A stretch of DNA of 64,000 bases from an uncultured Candidatus Saccharibacteria bacterium (lineage in GTDB: Bacteria; Patescibacteriota; WWE3; UBA101185; UBA10185). Below the pieces are notes generated by a model that saw only the letters and a program-made list of their open reading frames with translations, was not told the origin of the DNA and ran no database searches. The translations under genes and the position numbers were made by a program. The number at the start of each line of letters is the position of its first letter. Position 1 is the stretch's first letter. The stretch spans positions 109,271 to 173,270 of the forward strand of contig CAYNBT010000001.1 in NCBI GenBank assembly GCA_964396025.1. Reading direction: 5' to 3'. Positions 22,403-32,966 of the stretch are shown here, piece after piece.

Positions 22403-23098
22403 TTAATTCCAAAACTTAAAATATATTAGTGTTGTTAAAGCTGATAACCCATCGCGCCATGTTATCTTCTTCCCTTCTAGATGTGTTCTTCCGGCATAGC
22501 TGATTGGCACTTCGGTGATGGTTAATCCAGATTTTAGTATTTTAGCAGTTATTTCGGGTTCAAAATTAAATCTGTCAGACTTTATCTGTAGTTTTCTAAT
22601 GAAGTCTCCGGGTATAAGCTTGTAGCAAGTTTCCATATCGGTTAGCTTAACTCCAAATAGGAGATTAGTGAATAAAGTAAGCAGTTTGTTACCAAAATAG
22701 TGCAAATTGGTCATATCTTTATAGTCACCTGAGAATCTTGATCCATACACTACGTCAGTTTCCCCATCGTAAATCTGTGCAATAAGCTTGTTATAGTCTT
22801 CAGGGTCATACTCCAAATCCGCATCCTGAACAATCACATAATCACCTGTTGTATGACCAAAACCTTCTCTCAGAGTGGCTCCCTTACCAGAATTGCAATC
22901 TTTAAATATTGCAATCAAATCATTATGTTCTTTTTTCAATTTTTGAATAATAGAAGCACTGCTATCAGTAGAGTAGTCATCTACCAATATCACTTCTTTT
23001 CCAATATCGCCAAGATTCACAGCGTACACACGTCGTACCAACGCCTCTAAAGTGGCTTCTTCATTAAAAACAGGGATCACTATGGATAACTTCTTCAT
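22403..23098 (-). CDS. GT2, DPM1-like polyprenol-phosphate glycosyltransferase
   Basis: QDADLEYDP, YGSRF, TDMETCYK, FEPEIT. Confidence 0.9.
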   Translation of the reverse strand: MKKLSIVIPVFNEEATLEALVRRVYAVNLGDIGKEVILVDDYSTDSSASIIQKLKKEHNDLIAIFKDCNSGKGATLREGFGHTTGDYVIVQDADLEYDPEDYNKLIAQIYDGETDVVYGSRFSGDYKDMTNLHYFGNKLLTLFTNLLFGVKLTDMETCYKLIPGDFIRKLQIKSDRFNFEPEITAKILKSGLTITEVPISYAGRTHLEGKKITWRDGLSALTTLIYFKFWN

Positions 23099-23099
23099 C

Positions 23100-24677
23100 T
23101 TAATTAAGCTCATAACCATGAAATTTTAGCACTTTTGTCACAAAGTGTGCGCCATTTATTGATTGTGCGTATTCCCGTTCAAGAGAAAGATATGGATATT
23201 TACTTAGTTCAAATTCCATTGAAGTATTATGCTCATTTGTTACAACTACATATGTTGCATCAAATCCCTCTAAATCATCGTATGCAATATCCCCTGAATC
23301 AATCTTGGGATAGTAAATCGTACTACCGCAAACATTAGCCTTACCATAATTAACATTCCAATCAATTACGCTTGTTAAATCATTATGTACAACTACACCG
23401 CAACTATGTTCTTTTAGATAATTTCCTGCTAAAGAAACAACTAAATATATATCCTTATGGAGATGCACGGTGGCTAAGGACCATATTCCACATGAAAAAG
23501 CAGTCACAAGAAAGAAACTTCTAAATTTCTTGAAATATGCAGTGACAATAAGTAATAAATTGATAAATATCAGGATAGCAAAGATTTCTTTTTGCAACAC
23601 TAAAAATTGAAGCCTGTATTTATACTGCCCAACAATATATATACCTAAAGTAATCAATCCAATAAACAGAAAGGCATTATCTTTCTTGTTTTGTGAAAAA
23701 AAGTTTTCTATACCCAACGCAAGTAAGACAATCAAAAAGGGTACTACAGCAATAAACAGCCTGGGAATTGCAGCAGGCCACATAAGGATTAATGCCAGCT
23801 CAAGTGATAGGAAGAACAACACAGCTAAGTGTTGTGTAAAAAACTGTTTGATAACATTTCTGCCATTAAGTATAAAGGGTGCTGCTACAATAAACCCATA
23901 TATAAACAGTAACGATACTAAGTAAATCAATATTGTGTTGATATCGTAGACCCTACCGGACGGTTCTGCTAGATAGGAAGATTTAAGGGGGTTCCTAAGA
24001 AAAAAATACGGTCCTATTACAACTAAGAACCCAAGTACATATGTGCTCAACTGCCAAAAGGAATGGCGCAGTCTACGAAACAGATTCTTGATCCAAAGAT
24101 CCTGGTGACTATCAACAACGATACCCAACAATATTGCGAAATATAAGAGATAGCCTTCAAAACGCGTAAGAACTGCAAGACCTGCAACTAAACCCAGTGT
24201 AAAAGTTTGTACTAAAGTGTTTTTCTTCTTGAAACGGTAAAATATGAGAAACTCCACCATCACAAGTAATGTGAAAAATGCATCGGCCATGATTCTAAGT
24301 GACCAGTACATGTATACCGGATTTAGGACAAAAAGCATCAAGGCTATATGCATATACCTCTTGCTATCCGAGAATTTTCTGACAAGTAATGCGTATGTTG
24401 CAACCGAAGCTGCCCCTATACCTAACATAACTATTCTGCCCCAAACAACTGGATCTATGCCTTGGGGCCAACCTGACAAAAGCAGCGAATACAGCGGAGG
24501 GCGTTTTTCATCGGAAGGGTAGCTAAATTCTCGCAAATACTTGGCGGCGCGAAGAATTCTGTATGAATCACCCCACTCAACAGCATTAATATTTAACAAA
24601 GCAATGTGAATAAATAAAAATACGCAAAACCAAAGCAGAAATGGATTATCAATTAGCTTTTGAAAGTATTTTTTCAT
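23100..24677 (-). CDS. GT-C glycosyltransferase (PMT_2-like)
   Basis: WGDS, KRPPLY, LTRFEG, many TM segments. Confidence 0.78.
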   Translation of the reverse strand: MKKYFQKLIDNPFLLWFCVFLFIHIALLNINAVEWGDSYRILRAAKYLREFSYPSDEKRPPLYSLLLSGWPQGIDPVVWGRIVMLGIGAASVATYALLVRKFSDSKRYMHIALMLFVLNPVYMYWSLRIMADAFFTLLVMVEFLIFYRFKKKNTLVQTFTLGLVAGLAVLTRFEGYLLYFAILLGIVVDSHQDLWIKNLFRRLRHSFWQLSTYVLGFLVVIGPYFFLRNPLKSSYLAEPSGRVYDINTILIYLVSLLFIYGFIVAAPFILNGRNVIKQFFTQHLAVLFFLSLELALILMWPAAIPRLFIAVVPFLIVLLALGIENFFSQNKKDNAFLFIGLITLGIYIVGQYKYRLQFLVLQKEIFAILIFINLLLIVTAYFKKFRSFFLVTAFSCGIWSLATVHLHKDIYLVVSLAGNYLKEHSCGVVVHNDLTSVIDWNVNYGKANVCGSTIYYPKIDSGDIAYDDLEGFDATYVVVTNEHNTSMEFELSKYPYLSLEREYAQSINGAHFVTKVLKFHGYELN

Positions 24678-25842
24678 ATATTTGATTTATTTGGGCTGCC
24701 TTTGCATCCCAAGAGTAGCGTTGGGCAATCTTTTGAGTATCAACAAAGATGCTCGAGTCAACTACGTGCTTAATCTGTTCAGCTATCTTTTCGGGGGCTA
24801 GATCTTCTAAATAAACTAGACCTTCTATTACATCTTGCGCCTTAAATCCTGAAACCAGCGCAGGCACACCACAGGAAAGAACCTCCATCACAACCTTGGG
24901 AAAACCTTCAACTTTGGAAGGCAAAACAAAGATGTCTGCCGCCTGAATAGCAACCGGTATGGACGGGTAAGGCGTATATCCAATTTTTATAAAACGATCA
25001 GAAAGATTGAGTTCTCTTACGCGCTCGTTCAATCTCTCCATGTAAGCTTCGTCACCATCCCCCAATAATATTAATTTGTACTCGAGTGGTAAAAGTGCCA
25101 ATGCCTCTATAAGTAAATGGATGTTCTTTCTTTCAACAAGCGCACCATAATTCAAAATCACTTTATCGTGCGGGATAAGTCCCAACTCTTTGCGTGTCTT
25201 ATCTTGTTCGTCCGGTGTAATCTTTTTAAACAAGGCCGGATTAACTCCAGATTCAACAATATAACATTTTGCAGGATCTGTTTTGTAATATTTAATTGCG
25301 TCTGATCTTAGCTCTTCTCCCACAAAAATACATGCATCTGCAACGTCCGATGCGAGTTGGTTGGCAAAAATCTCAAGAGGCCAAGTAAGCATTCCAGATA
25401 CAAACTTGGGCTGCTCTCCTTTTTCCTTCATTTTCTCCCAACGGCTTTTTGCAATGATATGAAAGTGCGCTACTAAGGGTATCTTCAGTTCAGAACATTT
25501 AGGTAAAAAGTATTTAAGTAATTTCCTATAAAAAAAGATCCATATACCAAAATGCCCATGCGCATGTATCACATCTGGTCTGTTACTCAAACGCCAATAT
25601 AGATAGTAGATAAACATAGCAGGTGCGATAGTCAATGCAAGAGTTCCAGATATAGGCTCTCTAAAGAAAGTGCGGAGATTTACATTAGGAATACTTTCCG
25701 GCTTTCCACTGTTGGGCCAACTGCCACAGAACACTGTTATTTTGTGACCCAATCTGCTTTGTGCGGAAGTTACCTCAAATGGGTGAGGTACTAAACCCAA
25801 CCATGGAGGAGGCCATTCGTAACTAATTCTTAGAATATTCAT
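24649..25842 (-). CDS. Glycosyltransferase family 4
   Basis: SYEWPP, RKN, FVLPSKVEGFPKVVME. Confidence 0.9.
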   Translation of the reverse strand: MNILRISYEWPPPWLGLVPHPFEVTSAQSRLGHKITVFCGSWPNSGKPESIPNVNLRTFFREPISGTLALTIAPAMFIYYLYWRLSNRPDVIHAHGHFGIWIFFYRKLLKYFLPKCSELKIPLVAHFHIIAKSRWEKMKEKGEQPKFVSGMLTWPLEIFANQLASDVADACIFVGEELRSDAIKYYKTDPAKCYIVESGVNPALFKKITPDEQDKTRKELGLIPHDKVILNYGALVERKNIHLLIEALALLPLEYKLILLGDGDEAYMERLNERVRELNLSDRFIKIGYTPYPSIPVAIQAADIFVLPSKVEGFPKVVMEVLSCGVPALVSGFKAQDVIEGLVYLEDLAPEKIAEQIKHVVDSSIFVDTQKIAQRYSWDAKAAQINQIYEKILSKAN

Positions 25843-27028
25843 TCATAACCTCATTAAAAACTTGTTCGTATTTACTAATCATAACATCAAGCGTAAACAG
25901 TTGCTGAGCCTCTTGGCGACTATATGTTCCAAATTGTTTCCTAAGCTCAAAGCTCTGCTCTAAAAGGAGCATTTTGGTTTTTAGCTCCAAAAGATCTCCA
26001 GATTTCACTAGATATCCGTTTTTTTCACTTTCCACAGCATCAGAATTTCCGCCTTTGTCAGAAGCAATTACAGGTAAACCACAGAACATCGCCTCAACAA
26101 TAGTCATAGGAAATCCTTCAACTCGAAGCGTAGGAAGAACAAATATGTCCATTTTGACCAATTCCCCCATAACCTGCGAGTATGGAATAGTACCGTGGAA
26201 ATGTACTCTTGTCTCAATAGACAAAACATGCGCAAGCCTTTTTAGAGTCGCTAGTTCCGGACCAGCGCCAATGATATGAAGAAAAGCGTTCTTAAAACTG
26301 CCATCTGCAAAGGCTCGGAGAAGCACATGGACGCCTTTCGAAGAATCCAGTCTGCCCAAATAAACAAAATTCACTTTTTCAGAGGCAGAGGCAGAATAGT
26401 CTTTGGAAATAGCTGGAACTTTGACGCCGTTATGAATCACTACAATTTTGGAGGGACTCACAAAGGTTTCCTCAATAATACTTGTTTTGACATAGTTAGA
26501 AACCGCTACAAGTCTTGTAGATCCATGCACAAATTCGCGTTGGGTAAAAAAGAAAGCATAAAAGACATGTGGTAAATCTAACATCAATCTCAAAAATTCT
26601 TTTATCCCTGAAAAACTTTCCCATCGAGATTGAAATTCTCCCACTTTACTTCCGTGCAATATAGAAACTATCGGGACTCCAAGCTTTTCCTTGACTTTAA
26701 AGAGTCCCAATGCACCGGAACTCTGACTCAGTATCAGATCAAACTTTTCACTTGCTGTACGGCTAATGTAAGCTTCAATGGATTTTTGATTCCAGGTTTT
26801 TGAAAAAAGGGAGAATAAAAGATTGAAACCTCTTACTACACAAGGCACGAACACATACTCAACGTTATTTTCATGATATGAGGTAACGGTAAGATTGCGT
26901 TGAGGCGAGAAAACTACGATTTTGTGTCCTCTCAGGGCTAATCCTTCACACAAAAGCTTATTCTGAGTTTCAAACCCTCCATAACTCTTATGCAATGTAG
27001 TGTTTTTGATAAAGACAGCAATATTCAC
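25823..27028 (-). CDS. Glycosyltransferase family 4
   Basis: GRLDSSKG, EGFPMTIVEAMFCGLPV; GTG start. Confidence 0.92.
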   Translation of the reverse strand: MNIAVFIKNTTLHKSYGGFETQNKLLCEGLALRGHKIVVFSPQRNLTVTSYHENNVEYVFVPCVVRGFNLLFSLFSKTWNQKSIEAYISRTASEKFDLILSQSSGALGLFKVKEKLGVPIVSILHGSKVGEFQSRWESFSGIKEFLRLMLDLPHVFYAFFFTQREFVHGSTRLVAVSNYVKTSIIEETFVSPSKIVVIHNGVKVPAISKDYSASASEKVNFVYLGRLDSSKGVHVLLRAFADGSFKNAFLHIIGAGPELATLKRLAHVLSIETRVHFHGTIPYSQVMGELVKMDIFVLPTLRVEGFPMTIVEAMFCGLPVIASDKGGNSDAVESEKNGYLVKSGDLLELKTKMLLLEQSFELRKQFGTYSRQEAQQLFTLDVMISKYEQVFNEVMNEYSKN

Positions 27029-27040
27029 ATATACATTGTA

Positions 27041-28348
27041 TCAAGAAAGGAGTAATTCTTGGAGTTGCTTAACGTTAGTATCAAGATGAAACATCTCTGA
27101 GGCTTTTTTAAATGCATGTTTGACCAAGCTTTCTCGTACAACATGATTATGCAACAAATTCTCAATCTGATCCGCAAGGGCATGCGAATCTTTTTGTGGA
27201 ATGACGATACCTGTTACATTGTGCTCAACTAGGTCTGTTATACTACCTGCGGATGTAGCAATTATGGGGATTTTGGCTAAAGCTGCCTCTATTACAACAG
27301 TCGGAACGCCATCCATATCTCCTTCATTTGTTTCAATACTTGGAAACACAAAAATGTCTGCAATTTTATAGTAATCAACCACTTGATCGAACGGAGTTCC
27401 CTTACCTTCACCATGAATAAAAACATTATCAGACAGTCCAAGCTCGTGTATTTGATCTTGTAATTCTTTGTACAGGGGCCCAGGGCCAACTATTTCTACC
27501 TGATGGTCTACGCCCCTACTCTTAAGTATCTTTGATGCTTCAATAACATATTTAATGCCTTTCTTCTCCACCAAACGTGTTCCACCCATAAATATTACAG
27601 GTCTTTGGGGTTTCACTAATCTCGAATCCCCCGCGAATATTTTCTCGTGATCAATACCGTGATAAATCAGTTTAACCTTTGGCTTTAACTCAAGAGGAAT
27701 TTGATCCACAACTGTTTGCCAGGTTCTTTTGTTACATATTGCTATGAACTTTGCATACTGTGCTTTTGTAGCAATAAGCGAATTATCAACTATGGCATCC
27801 TTAGCATGCGCAGAAATACTAAATGGAATATGCAAAACATGCGCAGCAACCATAGCAATTGTTGAGAAACTTGACAAAAAATGTACATGAATATGATCCG
27901 GCTTATACTCACTGAAAATCTTTGCATAGGCAACTCCTTTTAGCATGTAAAAAATTCGTGCCTTATGAAATCGACCAACAATGCTGGAATGATCTTCGTG
28001 TGCATTCTGAGCCCTAAGATTTAAGAACAGTGGTTCCTTGTCCGAACCAGATATCAACTTAAAAAGCTCGATTATTCTGCGTGGGCTAAAGAGAAGATAT
28101 TTGACAAAGGCGCTTATCGCAATACGCGCAGTAAGTCTTTGATATACAACAGCACGCCTTGCTAGTTCGGACATTGTACCGCTGGCAGGAGATAACGAGA
28201 GGATTCTGATATCCATTTGATCAAGTTCAAGGAGTTTAGTGATCTCACGCTCAATAAAGGTCTCAGTTAGACGTGGGAATTCTGGAACAAAGTACAAAAC
28301 TTTTTTCTTGCGTAAAGTAGGTTGCTTATTTTCCATTTTTTTCATCAT
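27041..28348 (-). CDS. Glycosyltransferase family 4 (WcaL-like)
   Basis: FPRLTETFI, HAKD, RLVEKKG, DGVPTVVIEA. Confidence 0.9.
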   Translation of the reverse strand: MMKKMENKQPTLRKKKVLYFVPEFPRLTETFIEREITKLLELDQMDIRILSLSPASGTMSELARRAVVYQRLTARIAISAFVKYLLFSPRRIIELFKLISGSDKEPLFLNLRAQNAHEDHSSIVGRFHKARIFYMLKGVAYAKIFSEYKPDHIHVHFLSSFSTIAMVAAHVLHIPFSISAHAKDAIVDNSLIATKAQYAKFIAICNKRTWQTVVDQIPLELKPKVKLIYHGIDHEKIFAGDSRLVKPQRPVIFMGGTRLVEKKGIKYVIEASKILKSRGVDHQVEIVGPGPLYKELQDQIHELGLSDNVFIHGEGKGTPFDQVVDYYKIADIFVFPSIETNEGDMDGVPTVVIEAALAKIPIIATSAGSITDLVEHNVTGIVIPQKDSHALADQIENLLHNHVVRESLVKHAFKKASEMFHLDTNVKQLQELLLS

Positions 28349-29696
28349 TCAATATTGCGTAAGGCCCGCTTTTACTTATGTGTTCACTACCATTGGTTTT
28401 TTTACCAATCGCAAAATAGGTAGCACCCGCATCCTCTATCTCTCTTTGATTAAGAATATTACGCCCATCAAAAACCATTTTTCCCGCCAGGTTTTTAATG
28501 ATTGAAGCATTCAAATTTCTAAATTCATCCCATGGGGTAAGAACACATAAAGCATCTACATCCTTAACAGCATCTGAAATATCGGTCGCATAATGTATCT
28601 GCCCATCTCCAAGCATCTTGCGAGCATTCTCCATAGCAGCGGGATCATATACGCGTAATGTTGCTCCCCTACCTCTCAACAATCTAACAAGTGCTACAGC
28701 AACTGAATCTCTTGTATCATCTGTGTTTTCCTTAAATGCCAAACCCAAGCATGCGAAAGTTTTACCCGAAAGGTTTTCCCCCATAGCATGAACGATTTTG
28801 CGCAAAAAGAAATGCTTCTGGATATCATTAACCTCCATGACACCACGTAAAAGCTTAAAGTCATATGCCTGATCTGTGGATGTTTTGTAAAGTGCAGCAA
28901 CATCTTTTGGAAAACAACTACCGCCGTAACCAATAGATGCGTTCAAAAACTTGGGTCCAATTCTTTTATCAAGCCCCATGCCCTTTGCGACGGTTGTGAC
29001 ATCGGCACCAGCACGCTCGCATATTTGGGCAATCTCATTTATGAAAGATATTTTTGTAGCCAAAAAAGCGTTAGAGGCATACTTAATCATTTCAGCTGAG
29101 CGCAAATCACATTCTACTAAGGGAGCATCCAGATGCGCATAAAGTCTTTTCATGATATCCATCGCCTTTTTAGATTCTGCTCCAACAACTGTCCTATCCG
29201 GATTACGCATATCTTCAATGGAATATCCCTCTTTTAAAAATTCGGGATTTGAGGCTACATCAAATTCAACGGAAGTGTCTAGAAGATTCTCTTTAACTAT
29301 TTTTTTTACGTACTCGTTAGTACCCACAGGAACAGTACTTTTTGTCACAATCACTTTGTAGGAGGTTAGGTTTCTGCCAATGTCTTGTGCTACTTTGGTT
29401 ACCGCAGTAAGATCTGCGGCACCTGTATCACCCTGAGGTGTTCCAACACATATAAACACTATTTCCGCATCTGACATCGCTTCTTTTAAGTTTGTGGTAA
29501 ATTTTAAGCGACCTTCGCTGATATTTTTTAGCACTACTGGAGCAAGATCGGGCTCATAGATAGGCATGATACCCTTTTTAATCTTTTCTACTTTAGCTGT
29601 ATCAATGTCGAGTCCAACGACATCATTACCCCAATCCGCAAATATTGCTGAACCAACTAAACCTACATATCCTGTGCCAATAACACAAAGTTTCAT
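28326..29696 (-). CDS. ugd: UDP-glucose 6-dehydrogenase
   Basis: GTGYVG, NPEFLKEG, KYASNAFLA, GYGGSCFPKD; AGGAG SD. Confidence 0.96.
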   Translation of the reverse strand: MKLCVIGTGYVGLVGSAIFADWGNDVVGLDIDTAKVEKIKKGIMPIYEPDLAPVVLKNISEGRLKFTTNLKEAMSDAEIVFICVGTPQGDTGAADLTAVTKVAQDIGRNLTSYKVIVTKSTVPVGTNEYVKKIVKENLLDTSVEFDVASNPEFLKEGYSIEDMRNPDRTVVGAESKKAMDIMKRLYAHLDAPLVECDLRSAEMIKYASNAFLATKISFINEIAQICERAGADVTTVAKGMGLDKRIGPKFLNASIGYGGSCFPKDVAALYKTSTDQAYDFKLLRGVMEVNDIQKHFFLRKIVHAMGENLSGKTFACLGLAFKENTDDTRDSVAVALVRLLRGRGATLRVYDPAAMENARKMLGDGQIHYATDISDAVKDVDALCVLTPWDEFRNLNASIIKNLAGKMVFDGRNILNQREIEDAGATYFAIGKKTNGSEHISKSGPYAILNDEKNGK

Positions 29697-29781
29697 AGGA
29701 CTCCTTATTGCACGCAATCAGTACAACCACGTGCGTTAAATAATTTACACACAATAACAAAAAGTAGCAAAAGACTGCATA

Positions 29782-30606
29782 TTAGTTTTTATTGTATTTT
29801 CCTCTGAGATCATTAAGTTTGACTTTTACAACATCTAAGAAATTATCAATCGAAGCTCTAATAGGAGGAACACGATTAGTCTTTACATATGTCCAAGAAA
29901 CGGGAATCTCTTTGGTTTTAAAACCCAACCTTTTGGCAATCACCAACACTTCTACGTCAAAAGCACTTACACGAGGACGTTTCGTTTCTGGTGTATTGTC
30001 GCCAAAAAGAATCATCCTTGAAAAGATTTCTGCGCAAGCATTTTGTGTAAACAGTTTAAAACCACATTGAGTGTCGTTTATCTTGGGTAACACCAATAAT
30101 CTAACCAAGAAATTAAATCCCCTTCCCATAATATGACGAATCAACGGCTCATTTTTTCTTAAAGCCCCTACTCCTTCGCGGGAGGCTATCACAACATCAT
30201 AATCATGCTCTTGCACCCATGTAAGAAGGCGCTTAAGTTCCTCGATGGGGGTTGCCATATCCGCATCGGCCATAAGTATATATTTTCCCCGAGAACTCAA
30301 CATGCCTGTTCTAACTGCTACACCTTTTCCTTTGTGTGGATTCTTTATCAAGTGGATTTCTGGATGATATATTGCGTAATTCTCCACGATCTCAGCAGTT
30401 TTATCGGCACTGCCATCATCTACAACTATTATTTCATAAGCAACCGGCGTAACTTTATCTGATGACGAATCCCGTATGCTGAAAGAATTCATAAAATTTA
30501 CTATCTGAGTGAGTGAGGCAGTGATACCTGATTCTTCATTGTAGGCAGGTATAACTACACTAATGTCTGGGAGTTCGTCTTGAATTAATGAATCTAATTT
30601 TTCCAT
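29782..30606 (-). CDS. Dolichyl/polyprenyl-phosphate beta-glucosyltransferase-like (ALG5-type GT2)
   Basis: GKGVAVRTGM, ADADMAT, DTQCGFKLF, FDVEVL. Confidence 0.87.
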   Translation of the reverse strand: MEKLDSLIQDELPDISVVIPAYNEESGITASLTQIVNFMNSFSIRDSSSDKVTPVAYEIIVVDDGSADKTAEIVENYAIYHPEIHLIKNPHKGKGVAVRTGMLSSRGKYILMADADMATPIEELKRLLTWVQEHDYDVVIASREGVGALRKNEPLIRHIMGRGFNFLVRLLVLPKINDTQCGFKLFTQNACAEIFSRMILFGDNTPETKRPRVSAFDVEVLVIAKRLGFKTKEIPVSWTYVKTNRVPPIRASIDNFLDVVKVKLNDLRGKYNKN

Positions 30607-31709
30607 ATAATTTTGCTATAAACTGTAAAGTTCCAAATTAAACCTATGACCACTCCTATCATAAACGCAACATTCGCAACGAGAATTGTATCAGAGAAGC
30701 GTGCCGTTGCAAGATTTACAAGAAAGCTTCTAAAAGCGATGGGCACATAGGATAGCACAATATAGGCAAGTAGTTTTTTTAAAGTCTGGGCATTTCCTTG
30801 AATCTTCCTGTCACTAAATGACCAATAGTTGTTAAGTGTGTATGTTGTCAACATAGCTAAAAATCCCGAGACCGCACTCGACATGCTTGAAGCAAATATC
30901 AAGTATCTAAGTAAGTTAAATAAACTGATATCCGTGAACATTCCAATAAATCCCACGATACAGAATTTAAAAAAGCTCTTGCTTTCATTATATCTCAACA
31001 TAAGAACCACTTTGATAGAATCTTGCAGATTGTTTCTTTCCATCTTTGAATCACCGCGATCCCGCAAACCAAAAGTTATGGGTATTTCAGTAATCTTGGC
31101 TCCAATCTTGTACATTTTAAATAGTAAATCAATCTTATAAGCAAAACCGCTAGATCTTACTGTAGTCAAATCAATCTTATCCAAGAAGCCTTTTACGCGA
31201 GAAGCTTTGTAACCCGATGTAAAGTCATTTATTGTATAAATACCTAGCACAACCTTAGAAAACAAACTGCCTCCCCAGCTCAACAACTTTCTGTGCAGCG
31301 ACCAATGCTTTGGAATAGATCCTCCGGAGATAAATCTTGATCCAATAACATAATCACTGCCCTTTTCTAACTCTGCAACGAAACGTCTTATATCTTGCGG
31401 GTCGTGTTGAAAATCAGCATCCATTTCGATCAAAACATCTGGTGAAAGATTACTTAGGGCGTAACTAAAACCATACATGTATGCAGCTCCTAAGCCTGCT
31501 TTCTTTTGCTCCGTTAAAAGCTGAAGAAATGGATACTTAGCAGATAATTCGGAAACGAGCTTTCCTGTACCATCTGGAGAATTACCATCCACAATTAAAG
31601 CAACAAATTGATGCTGAGGTAATCGAGAAAACTCAGTAGCAAGCACGGGCGCTAGCTTACTTACATTCTCGAACTCATTGTAAGTAGGAATAACAATTAC
31701 TATCTTCAT
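30594..31709 (-). CDS. Polyprenol-phosphate mannose synthase (DPM1-like) fused to GtrA domain
   Basis: DGNSPDGTG, GLGAAY, MDADFQHDP; C-terminal 4-TM GtrA (KFCIVG...NNYWSF). Confidence 0.9.
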   Translation of the reverse strand: MKIVIVIPTYNEFENVSKLAPVLATEFSRLPQHQFVALIVDGNSPDGTGKLVSELSAKYPFLQLLTEQKKAGLGAAYMYGFSYALSNLSPDVLIEMDADFQHDPQDIRRFVAELEKGSDYVIGSRFISGGSIPKHWSLHRKLLSWGGSLFSKVVLGIYTINDFTSGYKASRVKGFLDKIDLTTVRSSGFAYKIDLLFKMYKIGAKITEIPITFGLRDRGDSKMERNNLQDSIKVVLMLRYNESKSFFKFCIVGFIGMFTDISLFNLLRYLIFASSMSSAVSGFLAMLTTYTLNNYWSFSDRKIQGNAQTLKKLLAYIVLSYVPIAFRSFLVNLATARFSDTILVANVAFMIGVVIGLIWNFTVYSKIIWKN

Positions 31710-31726
31710 GTATGAGAATTATATAA

Positions 31727-31999
31727 TTAAAGGTTCAAAACACCTAGTAACAGCAAAAAAACGAACGAACCGAACAAGATGTATTCAAGAGCCACAAGTC
31801 TGTTAAGCCTACCCTCAAGGCGATGATGTATTATCCCCCATAACATGTAAAAGGTGCTACCAACACCTGCGAGTATTGTTTGTAAGACAGGCATGTTTTG
31901 AAAACGGAACATCAATAAAAGATATACAAACATCCCACAGATTAAAACCAAATAATGTATCAGATGCTTGTACTCACTCTGATTGTAATCGTGTTTCAT
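31727..31999 (-). CDS. Small 3-TM hypothetical protein
   Basis: 90 aa hydrophobic, Y..WGIIHH motif; ATGA overlap with the upstream CAP gene. Confidence 0.75.
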   Translation of the reverse strand: MKHDYNQSEYKHLIHYLVLICGMFVYLLLMFRFQNMPVLQTILAGVGSTFYMLWGIIHHRLEGRLNRLVALEYILFGSFVFLLLLGVLNL

Positions 32000-32886
32000 A
32001 ATACCTTTCCTGGATTAACTACAAACAACAAACTCATTAGTACCACTATCAAATAGAAAATGTGAGCAAGAGTATGCCCTGTGAATTTTGGTATGGAATG
32101 TCTTTTTGTATACCAAATATCTAGTGCAAGTAATATCAATACAAATGAAACAAAAAGTACCGCTAGATATTTTGATACAACTGCTATATCTACTATCACA
32201 TCGTTGAGCCCCTGAAGCTTGTATTTGTTGTATCTAGCTTCGGCAGCAGAATCAGCAGCTGAAGCAAGCTCATACTTAGAGAGCAATGCTTCTTCATCCT
32301 GCAAAGTTGCTATTAATGAAGGGTTTCTGGGCCTTCCAAACATTTGTACAACTAAAGTTGTTTCATAACCCTCTAGTACACCGTTCACAACCGCAAAGCC
32401 AATCTCATCGTAGTTTGCGTTGAGCAGATTATCTCTATGTGTGGGAGATTTGTACCAAGCATCAACCACGGCTCGAGAATCATGGAAATTTTTGGCAAGA
32501 TTCTCACCCGCGTAAGTGTAATCATAATTTTCATCAAGTATAAATCCCCAAGGTTCAGTCCCATCGGGAGCGATGTGTGCCCAATAGTTGTTAAGGAACA
32601 TGTGTGCGGCCTTCTTTTCTGCGGCATTTGTAAGTGATGGATTTAACCTCAAACGTGATAAACCGTGTTCCGCGCGAATACTGTTTGTCTCTTGAAGTAG
32701 TTCTTTTACAGCAATACTTGATGTAAAGCCCAAAACTCCAGGGGAAACCTTAACGGACATGGTAGCTAAGAACGAAAATAAAACCAGAAAAAGGCTGTAC
32801 ATAAGAAATGCTTTAGGTTGCAAAAGTACAGCTCTACTTCTTTTTACAGGATCTGGTACAAAATGGTGTTTAATTTTCCTAGGCAT
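31996..32886 (-). CDS. Membrane-anchored CAP/SCP-domain protein
   Basis: AGENLA, SPTHRDNLL, YWAH; N- and C-terminal TM segments. Confidence 0.9.
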   Translation of the reverse strand: MPRKIKHHFVPDPVKRSRAVLLQPKAFLMYSLFLVLFSFLATMSVKVSPGVLGFTSSIAVKELLQETNSIRAEHGLSRLRLNPSLTNAAEKKAAHMFLNNYWAHIAPDGTEPWGFILDENYDYTYAGENLAKNFHDSRAVVDAWYKSPTHRDNLLNANYDEIGFAVVNGVLEGYETTLVVQMFGRPRNPSLIATLQDEEALLSKYELASAADSAAEARYNKYKLQGLNDVIVDIAVVSKYLAVLFVSFVLILLALDIWYTKRHSIPKFTGHTLAHIFYLIVVLMSLLFVVNPGKVL

Positions 32887-32966
32887 TGAAATTAATTATA
32901 CTGGTCCTGAGAATTTTCGAAAGAGGTTGGCACTAGACTATACGTTTGATTATGTATAATTTATGC

